DNA from: Cyanophora paradoxa CCMP329
Lineage: Eukaryota > Plantae > Glaucophyta
Direction: 5' to 3'
Assembly (NCBI GenBank): GCA_004431415.1
Contig: QPMI01000435.1
Coordinates: 62,001 to 126,000 of the forward strand
Length of the DNA stretch: 64,000 bases
Shown here: positions 43,801-56,053 of the stretch, in pieces
Layout of the letters: every line of letters starts with the position of its first letter
How positions within the stretch are numbered: position 1 is the first letter of the stretch
The notes under the pieces: model-generated
Databases searched by the model: none
Told to the model about the DNA's origin: nothing
Seen by the model: the letters and a program-made list of their open reading frames with translations, nothing else
Program-made: the position numbers and the translations under genes

Positions 43801-46800
43801 CCTGTACGGTGGGCGCCGGGGCGGGGCTGACGGCTGCGCGCAGGTCCGGGCTTTCGACCGGGGGGGCGGAGCAGGCGGCGCTGGGGTTTCGGGCGGGCGC
43901 CCCGGCCGCCGCAGGCTGGGCGCGTGAGGCGGCAGGCGGAGCAGGGGTGCGGGGGCACGGCTCGGGCTTCGCTGCGGAGTCTGGGGCGGCGCTCTCCACC
44001 ACCGTGAGCTCCTCGGCCTCACTGGGCGCCGAGGTTCCGCTGAGCGCAGCGCGTGGGCCCGGGGCGGGCTCCCTCGCGGTCATTGGCGGGGTACGTGGCG
44101 TCCCCGTCGGCGCCGGGGCCTCGCTGAGCGCGACGCGCAGGTCTCTCGTCCTGGCCGGCTGGGCGGGGGCGACGGGGGCAAAGCGCGGGCCCTGGGCGGG
44201 CTCCCTCGCGGTCATTGGCGGGGTACGTGGCGTCCCCGTCGGCGCCGGGGCCTCGCTGAGCGCGACGCGCAGGTCTCTCGTCCTGGCCGGCTGGGCGGGG
44301 GCGACGGGGGCAAAGCGCGGGCCCTGGGCGGGCTCCCTCGCAGTCATTGGCGGGGTACGTGGCGTCCCCGTCGGCGCCGGGGCCTCGCTGAGCGCGGCGC
44401 GCAGGTCTCGCGTCGCGGCTGGCGGGGCGGGAACGACGGGGGCAGGGCGCGGGCCCGGGGCGGGCTCCCTCGCAGTCATTGGCGGGGTACGTGGCGTCCC
44501 CGTCATCGCCGGGGCCTCGCTGAGCGAGACGCGCAGATCTCGCGTCGCGGCTGGCGGGGCGGGAGCGACGGGGGCAGGGCGCGGGCCCGGGGCGGGCTCC
44601 CTCGCGGTCATTGGCGGGGTACGTGGCGTCCCCGTCGGCGCCAGGGCCTCGCTGAGCGCGACGCGCAGGTCTCGCGTCGCGGCTGGCGAAGCGGGAGCGA
44701 CGGGGGCAGGGCGCGGGCCCGGGGCGGGCTCCCTCGCAGTCATTGGCGGGGTGCGTGGCGTCCCCATCGGCGCCGGGGCCTCGTTGAGCGCGACGCGCAG
44801 GTCTCGCGTCGCGGCTGGTGGGGCGGGAGCGACGGGGGCAGGGCGCGGGCCCGGGGCGGGCTCCCGCGTAGTCATTGGCGGGGTACGTGGCGTCCCCGTC
44901 GGCGCCGGGGCCTCGCTGAGCGCGACGCGCAGGTCTCGCGTCGTGGCTGGCTGAGCGGGGGCGACGGGGGCGGGGCGCGGGCCCTGGGCGGGTTCCCTCG
45001 CAGTCATTGGCGGGGTACGTTGCGTCCCCGTCGTCGCCGGGGCCTCGCTGAGCGAGACGCGCAGATCTCGCGTCGCGGCTGGCGGGGCGGGAGCGACGGG
45101 GGCAGGGCGTGGGCCCGGGGCGGGCTCCCTCGCGGTCATTGGCGGGGTACGTGGCGTCCCCGTCGGCGCCGGGGCCTCGCTGAGCGCGACGCGCAGGTCT
45201 CGCGTCGCGGCTGGCGGGGCGGGAGCGACGGGGGCAGGGCGCGGGCCCGGGGCGGGCTCCCTCGCGGTCATTGGCGGGGTACGTGGCGTCCCCGTCATCG
45301 CCGGGGCCTCGCTGAGCGAGACGCGCAGATCTCGCGTCGCGGCTGGCGGGGCGGGAGCGACGGGGGCAGGGCGTGGGCCCGGGGCGGGCTCCCTCGCGGT
45401 CATTGGCGGGGTACGTGGCGTCCCCGTTGGCGCCGGGGCCTCGCTGAGCGCGACGCGCAGGTCTCGCGTCGCGGCCGGCTGGGCGGGATCGGCGGGGGCA
45501 GGGCGCGGGCCCGGGGCGGGCTCCCTCGCAGTCATTGGCGGGGTACGTGGCGTCCCCGTCGGCGCCGGGGCCTCGCTGAGCGCGGCGCGCAGGTCTCGCG
45601 TCGCGGCTGGCGGGGCGGGAGCGACGGGGGCAAAGCGCGGGCCCTGGGCGGGCTCCCTCGCAGTCATTGGCGGGGTACGTGGCGTCCCCGTCGTCGCCGG
45701 GGCCTCGCTGAGCGAGACGCGCAGGTCTCGCGTCGCGGCTGGCGGGGCGGGAGCGACGGGGGCAGGGCGTGGGCCCGGGGCGGGCTCCCTCGCGGTCATT
45801 GGCGGGGTACGTGGCGTCCCCGTTGTCGCCGGGGCCTCGCTGAGCGCGACGCGCAGGTCTCGCGTCGCGGCTGGCGGGGCGGGAGCGACGGGGGCAGGGC
45901 GCGGGCCCGGGGCGGGCTCCCTCGCGGTCATTGGCGGGGTACGTGGCGTCCCCGTCGGCGCCAGGGCCTCGCTGAGCGCGACGCGCAGGTCTCGCGTCGC
46001 GGCTGGCGGGGCGGGAGCGACGGGGGCAGGGCGTGGGCCCGGGGCGGGCTCCCTCGCGGTCATTGGCGGGGTACGTGGCGTCCCCGTCGGCGCCAGGGCC
46101 TCGCTGAGCGCGACGCGCAGGTCTCGCGTCGCGGCTGGCGAAGCGGGAGCGACGGGGGCAGGGCGCGGGCCCGGGGCGGGCTCCTTCGCGGTCATTGGCG
46201 GGGTACGTGGCGTCCCCGTCGGCGCCGGGGCCTCGCTGAGCGCGGCGCGCAGGTCTCCCCACGCGCAGCTGACGGCTGCTAGCAGGTCGGAAGGCGAAGC
46301 TCGCGAGGGCGAGGGCTCTGGCACACGGATGGGGCCATCTGCGCGCAGCGCTTTAGCCTCGGTCGCTGTGTTCGCCTCCGGGACAGGCGCCGGCGTGAGA
46401 CTGGTCACCGCCCAGGCGGGGTGCCGTGCGGCATGTACTACTAGCGGAAACGTGAGGAGGATAGCGAGCACTCTAGCTGTTCGTGCAGGTCCCAGTCCCG
46501 TGTGACCCGGCCACCCACGTGCTGGCTGCAGTTTTGTTTTTGTGATGTTGGTATATGATTGTGGGTTATACAAATTCGAGAACGATGGCGGTTTCGTTTG
46601 TGGTCGCGTCAGCATCGAGGCGGAAGTGGGCGGCGCCCACTGCCTCGGTGAGAGCTGGTGCGGCCGCCGCAAGGTAGCCCGGTTCGAGCTCGTGTGCCCG
46701 GATCTGGTCAGCGAGGGCGAGGGCGGGTTTGATGGGGTGGTGGCAGGAAGCGGGGCCGTCCGGGATGCAGCACAGTGCCAGCAGGAGAAGATTCCCGTCC

Positions 46801-48529
46801 ACGGCGTGCACGTGATCAGACCCCATGGCCTGCGCAAGGCCCGCCCTGTCGCAGAGAGTGAAACTGGGAAGAGGGAGGGCGAGCAGGCTGCGGCGGGAAG
46901 GGAGCAAGCAAGGACTGGAGGCTGGAGGAGGACGGCTGCAGTCGGGAGGGGGCCAGCGATGACTTGCGCCGTCTGTCGGGGTTGTGAGGCTGGGCGGGGC
47001 ACGAAACGCCCCGGCGTCCGGAGCCAGCAAAAACCGACCTGGACCGCCCGGAAGATCGAGGAGAGCGTGATGTAGAGGAGGCAGGGGTGCCGCGCCGGGC
47101 TCACAGCCGCCGTGCCATCACCGCGCGCCGTGGTGTACTCCCAGTGGGAGAAGGCGAAGGCGAGGTGCGTTGCGGCTGGGATGATGGCCGCAAGGACGAT
47201 GGAGATCGCCGTCATCGCCGAGACCCGCATGCGATCTGGCTGCATCCAGCCATCGGGCGGAACGCCGCTGGTCTCGGGCGCGTAGTTGATGGTGATAGCT
47301 ACTACGCGCGCGGCTGAGGCTGTTGCAGCTGCCGGCCTGGAGGTGAGCGTGAGCACGTAGTTGCTGGCGGTCCCTGCCACGCGGAGGCCCAGGGCGAGCG
47401 AGGGGTGCTTGAGGAACGTGAGCAGTTCCCGGACGCCAGCTTCAATCGTCGCGATGCGCGTCCCCCAGGCCGGGAGCTGAAGCTGCTGGAGCTGCTGGAG
47501 CTGGCGGAGCACTCGTAGAAGCAAACGGCGAATGGCGTTGGGGCCGAGAGGGCTGTTAAACCAGTCGAGCAGGATCCAGTCGCCGCCATGCTCAGGCGCA
47601 GGCGACAGCTGGGCGCTAAGGGCTTCGTTCGCGAGCGGAAAGAAGCACGCCGAGAGAGTCGGGACGAGCTGGACGATGCCGTCGAAGAAATCAGGGGCTG
47701 AGAAGGCGTTGGCCCAGAGCGGGGGCGGCAGGGCCGGAAGGCCGCTGCCCTGCGGGTCCGGATGAAAGTGCTTTGCGGAGCAGAGGATAATTGGGCCCGC
47801 CTTCGGCAGATCAACGAAGTGGAAACTGATCGCGATGAGCACCGGGCATTTGTTGCCGTCCATGAAGTCTTCTGGCTGGCAGCGGCGGCCGAGACGCCGA
47901 ATTCGAAGGATTTTCGCCAGCAGCGTTTTGGCCGGCAAACTGGGTCCTCCTACGATCTGGCCAGGGCCGGCGCTAGAAGTAGATGGGATGAATGCTCGTG
48001 TAAGTTCGGGGTGCTCGCCCGCTTGATGCAGAGCTCGGATAGGGATGGGCCGGAAGATGATCGCCATGCGCGCGTTGTTCCTGAGGAGCACCCGTGGCAA
48101 GACGCCGATGAGGCCGGCGAACTTGCACCGCGGTACGGCCGCGTGGGCCAGCCGCGCAATGAGCGTGGCCATGGCTAAGCTGGACCGTGGCTGTGGCACT
48201 TCGTTCGCTGCAGCTGGACTCGGGGGGGGGGAATAGCTAGCGTATGCATACCATGCATGCGCAGCTCCCACTCCTTCCGCAGCCGGCTTGGCAGCATGCG
48301 CAGAAGGGCCTACTTGAGAGGCACCTGGCGGGCCTCGCTGCACGTTCGAATTCCTGTCGCGCAGCCTGCTAGCGCTGCAGTTCGTGCTCGGAGTGCCGTT
48401 CTCTGCTCCGAGAGCCGCTATGAACGGTACTGCGTGCGAGAGCTGTCTGTTGGATACATTCGGGGCGTGCTGCGCCGCGATGCGACCCGCAGTCCCTTCC
48501 GGGCTAGTGCAGGTTGGGAGGACGCGTAC
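34875..48529 (-). CDS. Retrotransposon polyprotein: Pro/Ala repeats, hydrophobic segments, APE endonuclease (~39740-40560), reverse transcriptase (~37430-38360), RNase H N-terminal motifs (~35160-35560)
   Basis: APE: TWNVQGL, FQEL, MGDFNA, RLDGIL, SDHFPV. RT: LRPITL, YGFR, DIASAYDSV, GLPQGG, YADD, RILGV. RNase H: IWTDGS, GELEAV, LDSKG, WTPAH. Confidence 0.92.
44040..46260 (-). repeat. About 17 tandem copies of a 132-bp (44-aa) coding repeat DLRVALSEAPAPTGTPRTPPMTAREPAPGPRPAPVAPAPPAATR
   Basis: Counted in the translation. Confidence 0.92.
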
Positions 48530-48897
48530 TGCGAGGGGGTAGACAGGCCGGTAACTAGAGAGTTCTATAGCGCCAGAAGTATATGATATGCATGTGCCTT
48601 GTGTCTGCGCATAGCGGGGCGACGGGGGCACCTCAGAAGCGATGAATGTGGTCTAGTGCATGTGAAATGGCCGCAGCGCACGCTCAGGGAAGCGGCCGTG
48701 CAAGTCGCGTTCTGCATATAGATGTAGCTAGCATGGGGCGGGCGGCACTGCACGCAGGGATGGCGCACGTCGATTCTGTGCGGCCCCAGGGACGGCGCAA
48801 GGTCTTTACGCATCGTAATGCATGCCAGTGCAGGCGCGAAGCAGGACGAGTGCGCGTCAGTTCGGTACGTACCCCCCACTCTTCTAGCTGCGAGAGC

Positions 48898-51147
48898 ATG
48901 GTGCGCCCCAGCGGGCTGGACGAGCATTTAGCTTCTCGACTTCGCGAGCTCGTAAATGTTCAGAAGCTTCGCGTTCCAGCGATGCTGATAGCTTTGCGAA
49001 CGGATCCGGAGCAGCCCATTAAGCTGTCTCGGACGACACTGCGTTCCTACCTGCGGCAGTTAGGCTTGTCAACTTGGCATTGGGTTTCGAAATCCGAATT
49101 GGAAAAGCACGTGCGCGCAGCCTCGGAGCTTCGCGGCGGAAACTGCGGCAAATCTGTGTATGGGACGCTGCGGGCAGCGAATCACGGGAAGCTTTTCGCT
49201 GGACAAAAGCGCATCAAAAAAGCTCTAGCGAAGGTCGATCCAAAAGGGCGCGACCAGCGCCTCCTGCAGTTCGGCAAGCGGAGCCGGCGGGTGATTCCGC
49301 GCGCCCCCTACTTCGGTCCCTACGTCGGATGGAGCATGGGAATCGACCAGGCAAGCGTCTGTGGACGCGGTGCGCGCGGAATGTGAAGCATGAACTGACG
49401 TCGCGCGAACGCGCTCGCACAGAATGAGAAGATGCTGACGTGGCTGGGCGTGTGGATTGAGAACGCCATCGACAACTCGTCCTCCATCGTCATGGCCACT
49501 CGAGTCTTCCAGTCGCGTTCTACAAAGCAGGGGCTTGAGATCTACTAGTGCGCATCCACCGCCCCGTGGCCATTACAAACTGTTGCTCTTAAAATTAATA
49601 TTGATGCCCCATGGTCACTTGCAGTTCGGCACTCCGCAATTACGGGGTCCCCGAACAGCTCAGCTGCGATTCAGGGTGCGAGAACAGGCTTCTTCGTACC
49701 GCGCACGTGCGCCGCATGTCCAGTCGCACCCCCGCACATTTCTGCAGTCTTACTTGAATTTTCACAGGCATATGTGATTGAGAAGACAAATGCAGCCCTC
49801 GATCTACTGAATGCCGACCCAGCATGGGTTGCTGAGCACGGCATCATTCAGCCCATCGACCTTTCTGCTCAGCGAGCCCAGTACAACCTGCACTACGACA
49901 GGGAGCCCGTGTGGGAAGGGGAGTCCTTCCGAAACGTCGTCGCTGAGCGGTACTGGCGGTGCGGTCGCGGCGGCAGTCCTGCTTGGAAAATGAAACGTTT
50001 TAAAATACAAAGATGGCTATGGTATACGTAATGATTTAGATTATATGAGAATGCAACCTAAGACGGCGCTACGAAATCGGCAACGCTTGTGCAACGCAAC
50101 GACCAACGCTTGCAACAACGCTTGAGCAACACTTGCGTTGCACTTGCGTTGCCAATTGCGTAACACTTGCGTTGCACTTGCGTTGCATAATTGCGCTGAC
50201 AATTGCGTGACGACAGGCAACCAAACATGAACGCTGCAGCGCACCTCACTCGAGCTGCAGAGATGCTTTTCAAGATGGGCATGTACCGGATGTGCGGATC
50301 GAGCTGCGAAATTATCTGCAATGTAAATAGTGTTCAGAATATCACATGCCACTGCGCAGGATCGACCCTCTGATGTACTTCTCCATGTCGAAAGCGGCCA
50401 TCTTCCTGCTCGAATTCGGGCTTGAGCTTGAGCGGGTCAGCTGGAACGAGCATGTCAACACAGGGAGCAAGGAGACGGGTCAAAGGGGCCGTCCCAACAA
50501 ATGGTAATTGAAATGCATATGTATAATTATGGTGCACTTAAAACCGGCTAAATTTGGAATTCGCAGGCTCGAAAGGCCAGGTCTTAACCGCCTTTGGCCT
50601 CTGCTTATCCGTCTTCCATCGTACGAGGAGATGCTGGAGCTTCATTTCGAAAAGAACCCGAGATCCAAGATTGTGGGGACAGACTCGGATCCCCGCCTTC
50701 GGGATCCTGTTGCTCCGCAATTCAGGTGCGATAAATATTGAGAATAGCCGCAGTCTCTCCAGCTTGTATATTAAATCCGGTTTCTGACTGGTTCCATTCC
50801 CGATCCATGGCCAGGGCGACTCGAGATGCTTTTTTCGACGCATCGTTCCCAGACAGCAGGAGATGTGGAAGCGGGCGGTGAATTTTGGAAGAGACACTAC
50901 AAAAGAAGATGCACCTGGAGTAGAGTACGCGCGGTCACCTCTATCGGGGCTGCCCCTGCTGTTTTGCACGCAGTTAACTTTGAATTCTGAATTGCTGTCA
51001 AGATCTAGATATCCAGATGCAGCAGAAGGATGGTTGGAGTGGATGGCAGCAGCTCCCGCGAACGACCTGGCAGCGCGCACTATGCGCGAACACGTGACCT
51101 ATTTCTTTTTCAATGGATCAGTATTGAAAAATCTCATGTATGAGTAA
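48898..51147 (+). CDS. Multi-exon integrase-fold DDE transposase (IS3EU-like)
   Basis: With introns 49351-49422 (GC-AG), 49548-49624, 49707-49767 and 49959-50216 removed: VDPKG...WSMGIDQNEKM...AIDNSS...YGVPEQLSCDSGCEN...GESFRNVVAERYWR...SWNEH. The 3' exon boundaries are uncertain. Confidence 0.8.
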
Positions 51148-51494
51148 ATTTAGGTCTAGTAGATCCGGTAGATCCAGATATAATGCACTAGTTCGAAATG
51201 CAGTGTACTTTGTAGAATTCAACAAGATAAATATCTGGACATGGAAGCGCATATACACTAGGGGCAGCACGTGGGGCACATGCATGGGCACATAGATAAT
51301 ACTAATCGCAGACCTAGGTCATTGCTGATGTCCTTCCATGGTCCTTAGAGCACATACATTTGTGTTACGCAATCCGCAACACATGCGTTGGGATTGCGTA
51401 ACGCATGCGTTGCGGATGCGTTGTGTGCTAGGTTGGAGGTTTCAACGCATGCTTAATGAAAGGAAGCGGAAGCTTACATTTGTTATACAGGGAT

Positions 51495-51875
51495 TTAAAA
51501 TCTATGCGATAAGTTGGGTGCGCCGGGTGCGAGGCACGAGGTCTGCCTCGAGGTATTCAGGGGGGCCACATGAGGGGTTGGGCCTGCGGAACCGCTGCCT
51601 CTCACCCCATGGTGGGCCCCACGCCTGAATCGGGCCGTCGAGAAACATTATGCTACAAACAAGGATCCATAATCTATAAGATGAGCTGGGGTCGCCGGGT
51701 TCGAGGCACGAGGTCAGCCTCGAGGTAGCGGGGGGGGGCCACCTGAGGGGATGAGCCCACGGAACCGCGGCCTTTCACCCCAGGGCGGGCCTCGTGCCTG
51801 AATCGAAGCACTGCCAAAGAACAATTATTACACTGGGATTCAAAATCTATAAGATGAGCCGGGGGCGCTGGGCGC
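51495..51875. repeat. About 2.3 diverged copies of a ~170-bp repeat (AATCTAT..GAT.AG...CGAGGCACGAGGTC.GCCTCGAGGTA)
   Basis: Starts seen near 51498, 51671 and 51843. Confidence 0.6.
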
Positions 51876-52429
51876 CAGGAGGATGGCCAGAGCAAGACGA
51901 GGGTGCCATGTGCCACCCACAGCAGGTTCCATTGTAAACTGAATATCTTTGGATAGAAAGTAGTTATATTCTGTCGGAGGGTATCATGAGAATGACAATT
52001 AAAAGAGCTTTCAGGATATATAAAAAGGTTGGGACTCGCAAAAATAATCTATCCCGGAAAAGGCCGCCGAAATGTCTGACGAGCTCACAAACCTAACAAC
52101 TAAACCTCACCTGAAACTGATCATGATATCATGAAAACTGACCAACGTGGTTGACTTCAGTACCACTGTTGAACATACTGTATATTGCATTAAAGGCTTA
52201 AACATGCCTCATTTGTCACTCGGCATTGCTTGTTGGCGAGTTCAATTGCGGCCAGGTGCCGCCTAGTGCCCCAGCCATGCCCCACCATGCCCCGCTTGTG
52301 CCCAAGTCATGCCCCGCCATGCCCCGCCTGCGCTCAAGTCATGCCCCGCCATGCCCCACCATGCCCCCACAGTGCCGCCAAGTATCTCGACGTGCACTGG
52401 TCCAGTCCTGGGCCTGACATGGTCTTCCA

Positions 52430-54208
52430 AACACACTCACTTTTTTTTTGCATCCGCAAGCACACAAACATCTACGTTTCTGAAGAACTACTTCTTTAAG
52501 TTCAAGGCTTTGTCCGCAGACACGGTGTTGGCGTCCTTGCGCCTGCAGCTGCGCTTCCCCGTCGGGGGCTCTTGATCTACCAGAGTTGTCTCTAACTGTC
52601 TTCTCTCCCGAGCTGGGAGCTGAGCTGCAGCTGCAGGCGGTGTGCCAGACGATATCGATATCGGTGACGAAGCTACGCTGTCGATGTCAATGGGGAGAGG
52701 AGGAGCAGGAGGGAGCGCTGCTTCTTCTTGTGCACTGCTTCCCTGTGGCACAGCTGCAGCAGGTCGATTGACTTCTGCAGGGTTCGAAGTCTTCTTGGCC
52801 CGCTGCTTCTTTTTGGCAGCCGGGCTCTTTGGATCTGGAACACATGCATCAGAACGCAATTCTATTTTAATTTGAAGATAGATAACATATGGGTACTGAC
52901 CATTAGACTGGCAGGGACAATTGATAGCACCAGATCTTTTGCCCGACGTGGTTGTGCACCCGAAGCATATACCTTCCTTGCAAATCATGCCAATCTTGCC
53001 GCACTCAAATGTAGAGCTTGCAACCGAGCTCTTGCACTGCGCAAGCTCCTCTGGCCGCAGCTCTCGGATGTAGCCACACGAGACGCAGTCCACCTTCTCA
53101 GGCCCTGCAGGAACACATGTGTTACGCAATTGTTGCGCATGCGTTGCACTCAGCGTTGGGCATGCGTACTATACGCACCGCAGGTATCCTGATAGTACTT
53201 GGATAGGAGGCCGTCGATCTTGCTAGGATCTTCGATGAAACGTTCAATCCCGCTCCGCACCGCGGGATCAACTGCTGTTGGATACAGGAAGCGAGCCTGC
53301 TCGAGGCCGAAATGAATTATCACAAACCACAAATTATATTAATAGGAGATGACAGGCACGACGAACCCCGTCCTTTTCCAGCATGTTCCGTACTTTGTCC
53401 TTGCCAGTATTCTGAAGCATGTGGATGAGGACGGCAAGGCGTCGATCGGCGGCTGTAACGGCCTGCGGGCCGTGCTCCTTGTAGACCAGCTCGGGTTTGG
53501 CACCGTACGTGAATGCAACCTTTGCAGAATCAATGAGCACATAGGGTATATAAATAAATAAATTATGAAAGCACGTTGGTCGGCTTGTCAAAGACAACTG
53601 TCGAGATGTCGACGCCATCACACTCTGTGAATTTCTGCAGGTCGACAAAGATGTGCTGGGAGTCGCCAGTATAATTGAGCCATTCCGATATATCTGATTC
53701 CAGTCAAGGACCAAGAACGCATGCAAAACGCATTGGAAAACATCTCTAATACCGGATTTGGAGCATGTTGTCATAGTCAGCTGTGCTCCCCACACCACTC
53801 CGTCTGCTCGTGTCTTCTTCTTGACGTTCTTCGGTGTGTAGTTGGGGGCGTAAATCGCCGCGATGGCCACAGCTCCAAGAACTCTTGACAGTTCCAGCAC
53901 GCGGAGCTCGTCTGTGATTTTCTCTGCACCAATAATATTCAGATGAGGATAATTCCGTTCCTTCTAGTAAGCGGGCGGATACCAATGACAAAATCGAGGA
54001 CCTCTCCGTCATCCTTCGACTCATACCCAGTCACATTGACACGGTACGACGTCTCAGGAGCCGACGTCAAAGCGAATCGAAGCATGGGTGCTCCGGAATG
54101 AGTCTTGTCCGCCTTCCCGAACTTCTCGCTGGCTTCGTTCTGCATCTTGATGATGGCCTGCTTTGCGGCGAGCGTGCAGATGATAATCGTTTTCTGTTTC
54201 GCAGCCAT
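52430..54208 (-). CDS. Multi-exon accessory gene of the DNA transposon with a CW-type-like zinc finger
   Basis: Successive minus-strand ORF pieces separated by short AT-richer GT-AG segments; VDCVSCGYIREL...FECGKIGMIC...CFGC. Exon boundaries approximate. Confidence 0.5.
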
Positions 54209-54499
54209 TTTTGATCCCCATGCAGACCAGGTGCAGACGCATACATAGCGCACCTGCTGCTGGCCCTTACCCGCCTCATTCTCGAACGCTACGTTGCGGA
54301 GGTCCCGCAGCGTCGCGTTCTACGCGAGCGTGACGCAAGCGCAACGCAAGGTCAACGCAAGCGTTACGCAAGGTGTTACGCAATTCCAACGCTTGCGTTG
54401 GCCCTCATGTGTTACATACTTGCAACGCATGCGTTGCGCATGCGTTGGAATACAGAATTATGCGTTGAGACGCACCGGTTCGAAAAAGTCGACGTACTT

Positions 54500-55806
54500 A
54501 TGTGGCTTGTTATCGATTTTCTTGCGCTCGATCCAGCCGGCAACAAGAGTTTGAAGCTTGCCACCTCCCAGCAAGAAATCTGGGGCTTCGATTAACATGC
54601 AATCGCTTGATCTTCGCTTGCATGCCCTGCACCTGGATACGACGGTTCTTCAGGCTGCAGAGGCATCGAGCATGCGTCCCGATGGTTTGAGAACCGGATA
54701 CTGATCGTGTTCACAATTGTGCCCATGAATTGCGGCCCGTAGACCAGGGACTCGTTGTCTACTGTCGAAACTGCAATTGTTTAATTTCGATTGATCATGA
54801 GGAGCTCAAGAGAGGGAACTGCAGCTCACTAAAAATTCGACTTTACGCACCCTGGATAGCTGGAGAGAGCTTCATCGAGAGTGGATCGTATCGTTCGATC
54901 CCATTTGCATCCAGGAAACCCCAGGCGACGCTCTTTACTTGGGCACCGCTGCCGAAGCTGTCTGATTTCGACTGAGTGCCTCCCCTCTGGGACATTGGGG
55001 CAGGGGGGACCGTAGCTCCCCGTGCAGGAGCCTGTGATAGAGGGGGCCCGCGTCACTGGAAGCGTGCGTAGCACACACGTGCACGTTCAGCACCTCCGTG
55101 AAGGGGTTGGCGTTGGAGGGACTCGAGCTCCCTCCACCGCCACCTAGGCTGGACGCCAGCTCCCGCAGCTGTTCCATCGTCATCGGGGCGCCCGGGTCCC
55201 TCGACCTGTTGATCTGACCGAGGATCGCCCCCATCCCGTAGTTCGCGCCAGTTCCACCTGACGCGCGCACACATCAGATCTAGAGCAGCGCTTTCAGAAG
55301 TCGCTCGGTGCAACTTGCCTGACCCGGCGGGAGTGCGCAAGTTCTTGAGCATGTCCAGGAGTTCGGGCGTAATTCCAGATGCCCCAGCAGCCGCGGCCGC
55401 GGCCGCAGCTGGAGGTGGCGGCGAGGCAGCTGTCTGCGACGCGCTCTCCGGCTCTGCGTTCGCGATTCAGACTGCGTTCGCGATTGATCGAAAAGCATCG
55501 AAAACGCGTCGCACTTCCGCAGCTGACGATGGCGTAGTAGGTTTTGCTCGGGCTCTCATTTGTGCCGGTCTTCCACTTGAAATCAGGCATGAGCTTCAGC
55601 GAGAATGTCTCTCTCGAATTCGCGCGCTCGTCGACTTCTTCGAAGATCGCTGTCTGCATCCACAGCTGGCTCTGGAGCACCGCTTCTACGAGGTCGGGTA
55701 GCTGCTCCTTCAGTTTCGACGAGCGGATACTCCTGATCTCTTCGCCAACCTTTACGCGCACGAGACCATCGCTAACGCTCTCGTTCTCGCCCGCGTTCGA
55801 CGTCAT
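54500..55806 (-). CDS. Second multi-exon accessory gene of the DNA transposon (unknown function)
   Basis: ATG at 55806; ORF pieces 55294-55806, 55053-55352 and 54935-55270 with coding-like composition; 3' end uncertain. Confidence 0.4.
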
Positions 55807-56053
55807 CTCGCGCTGCGCGATGCTCCACGTGCGCGTGTACCCTCCCCCGCATATATGACAGCCTGGCGCACTGCTCGAACGAGGTGCGCAGCGACCGCCC
55901 AGCGTTTGCGTTTAGTGCTTGCGCATCTAGATGGCCAAATAAACGCGCTCAGAACGCGCCTCGTCTACAGCCATAGCCTGTTTCTGGACCTATATACATC
56001 TGGAACATACAGTCTGAGGGGTTTCCGGCCTGTAGGACCCCTGTTACGCGTAC

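Larger units (their letters stand above)
48530..56046. mobile_element. 7,517-bp IS3EU-like DDE DNA transposon nested in the retrotransposon ORF
   Basis: Flanking direct repeat (A)CGCGTAC (48523-48529 and 56047-56053); imperfect, gap-free ~55-bp TIRs (48530-48584, 55992-56046) sharing ACAGGCCGG.AAC and CCAGA.GTATAT; excision restores the interrupted reading frame. Confidence 0.85.

Noticed and set aside
43431-46282. Long alternative-frame and antisense ORFs over the GC-rich arrays (also 56304-57686 and 60458-63999)
   Set aside because: Expected shadows of stop-poor GC-rich tandem repeats.
48530-48631. Annotated start of the 4601-aa ORF
   Set aside because: Lies inside the inserted transposon end; the real frame continues at 56054.
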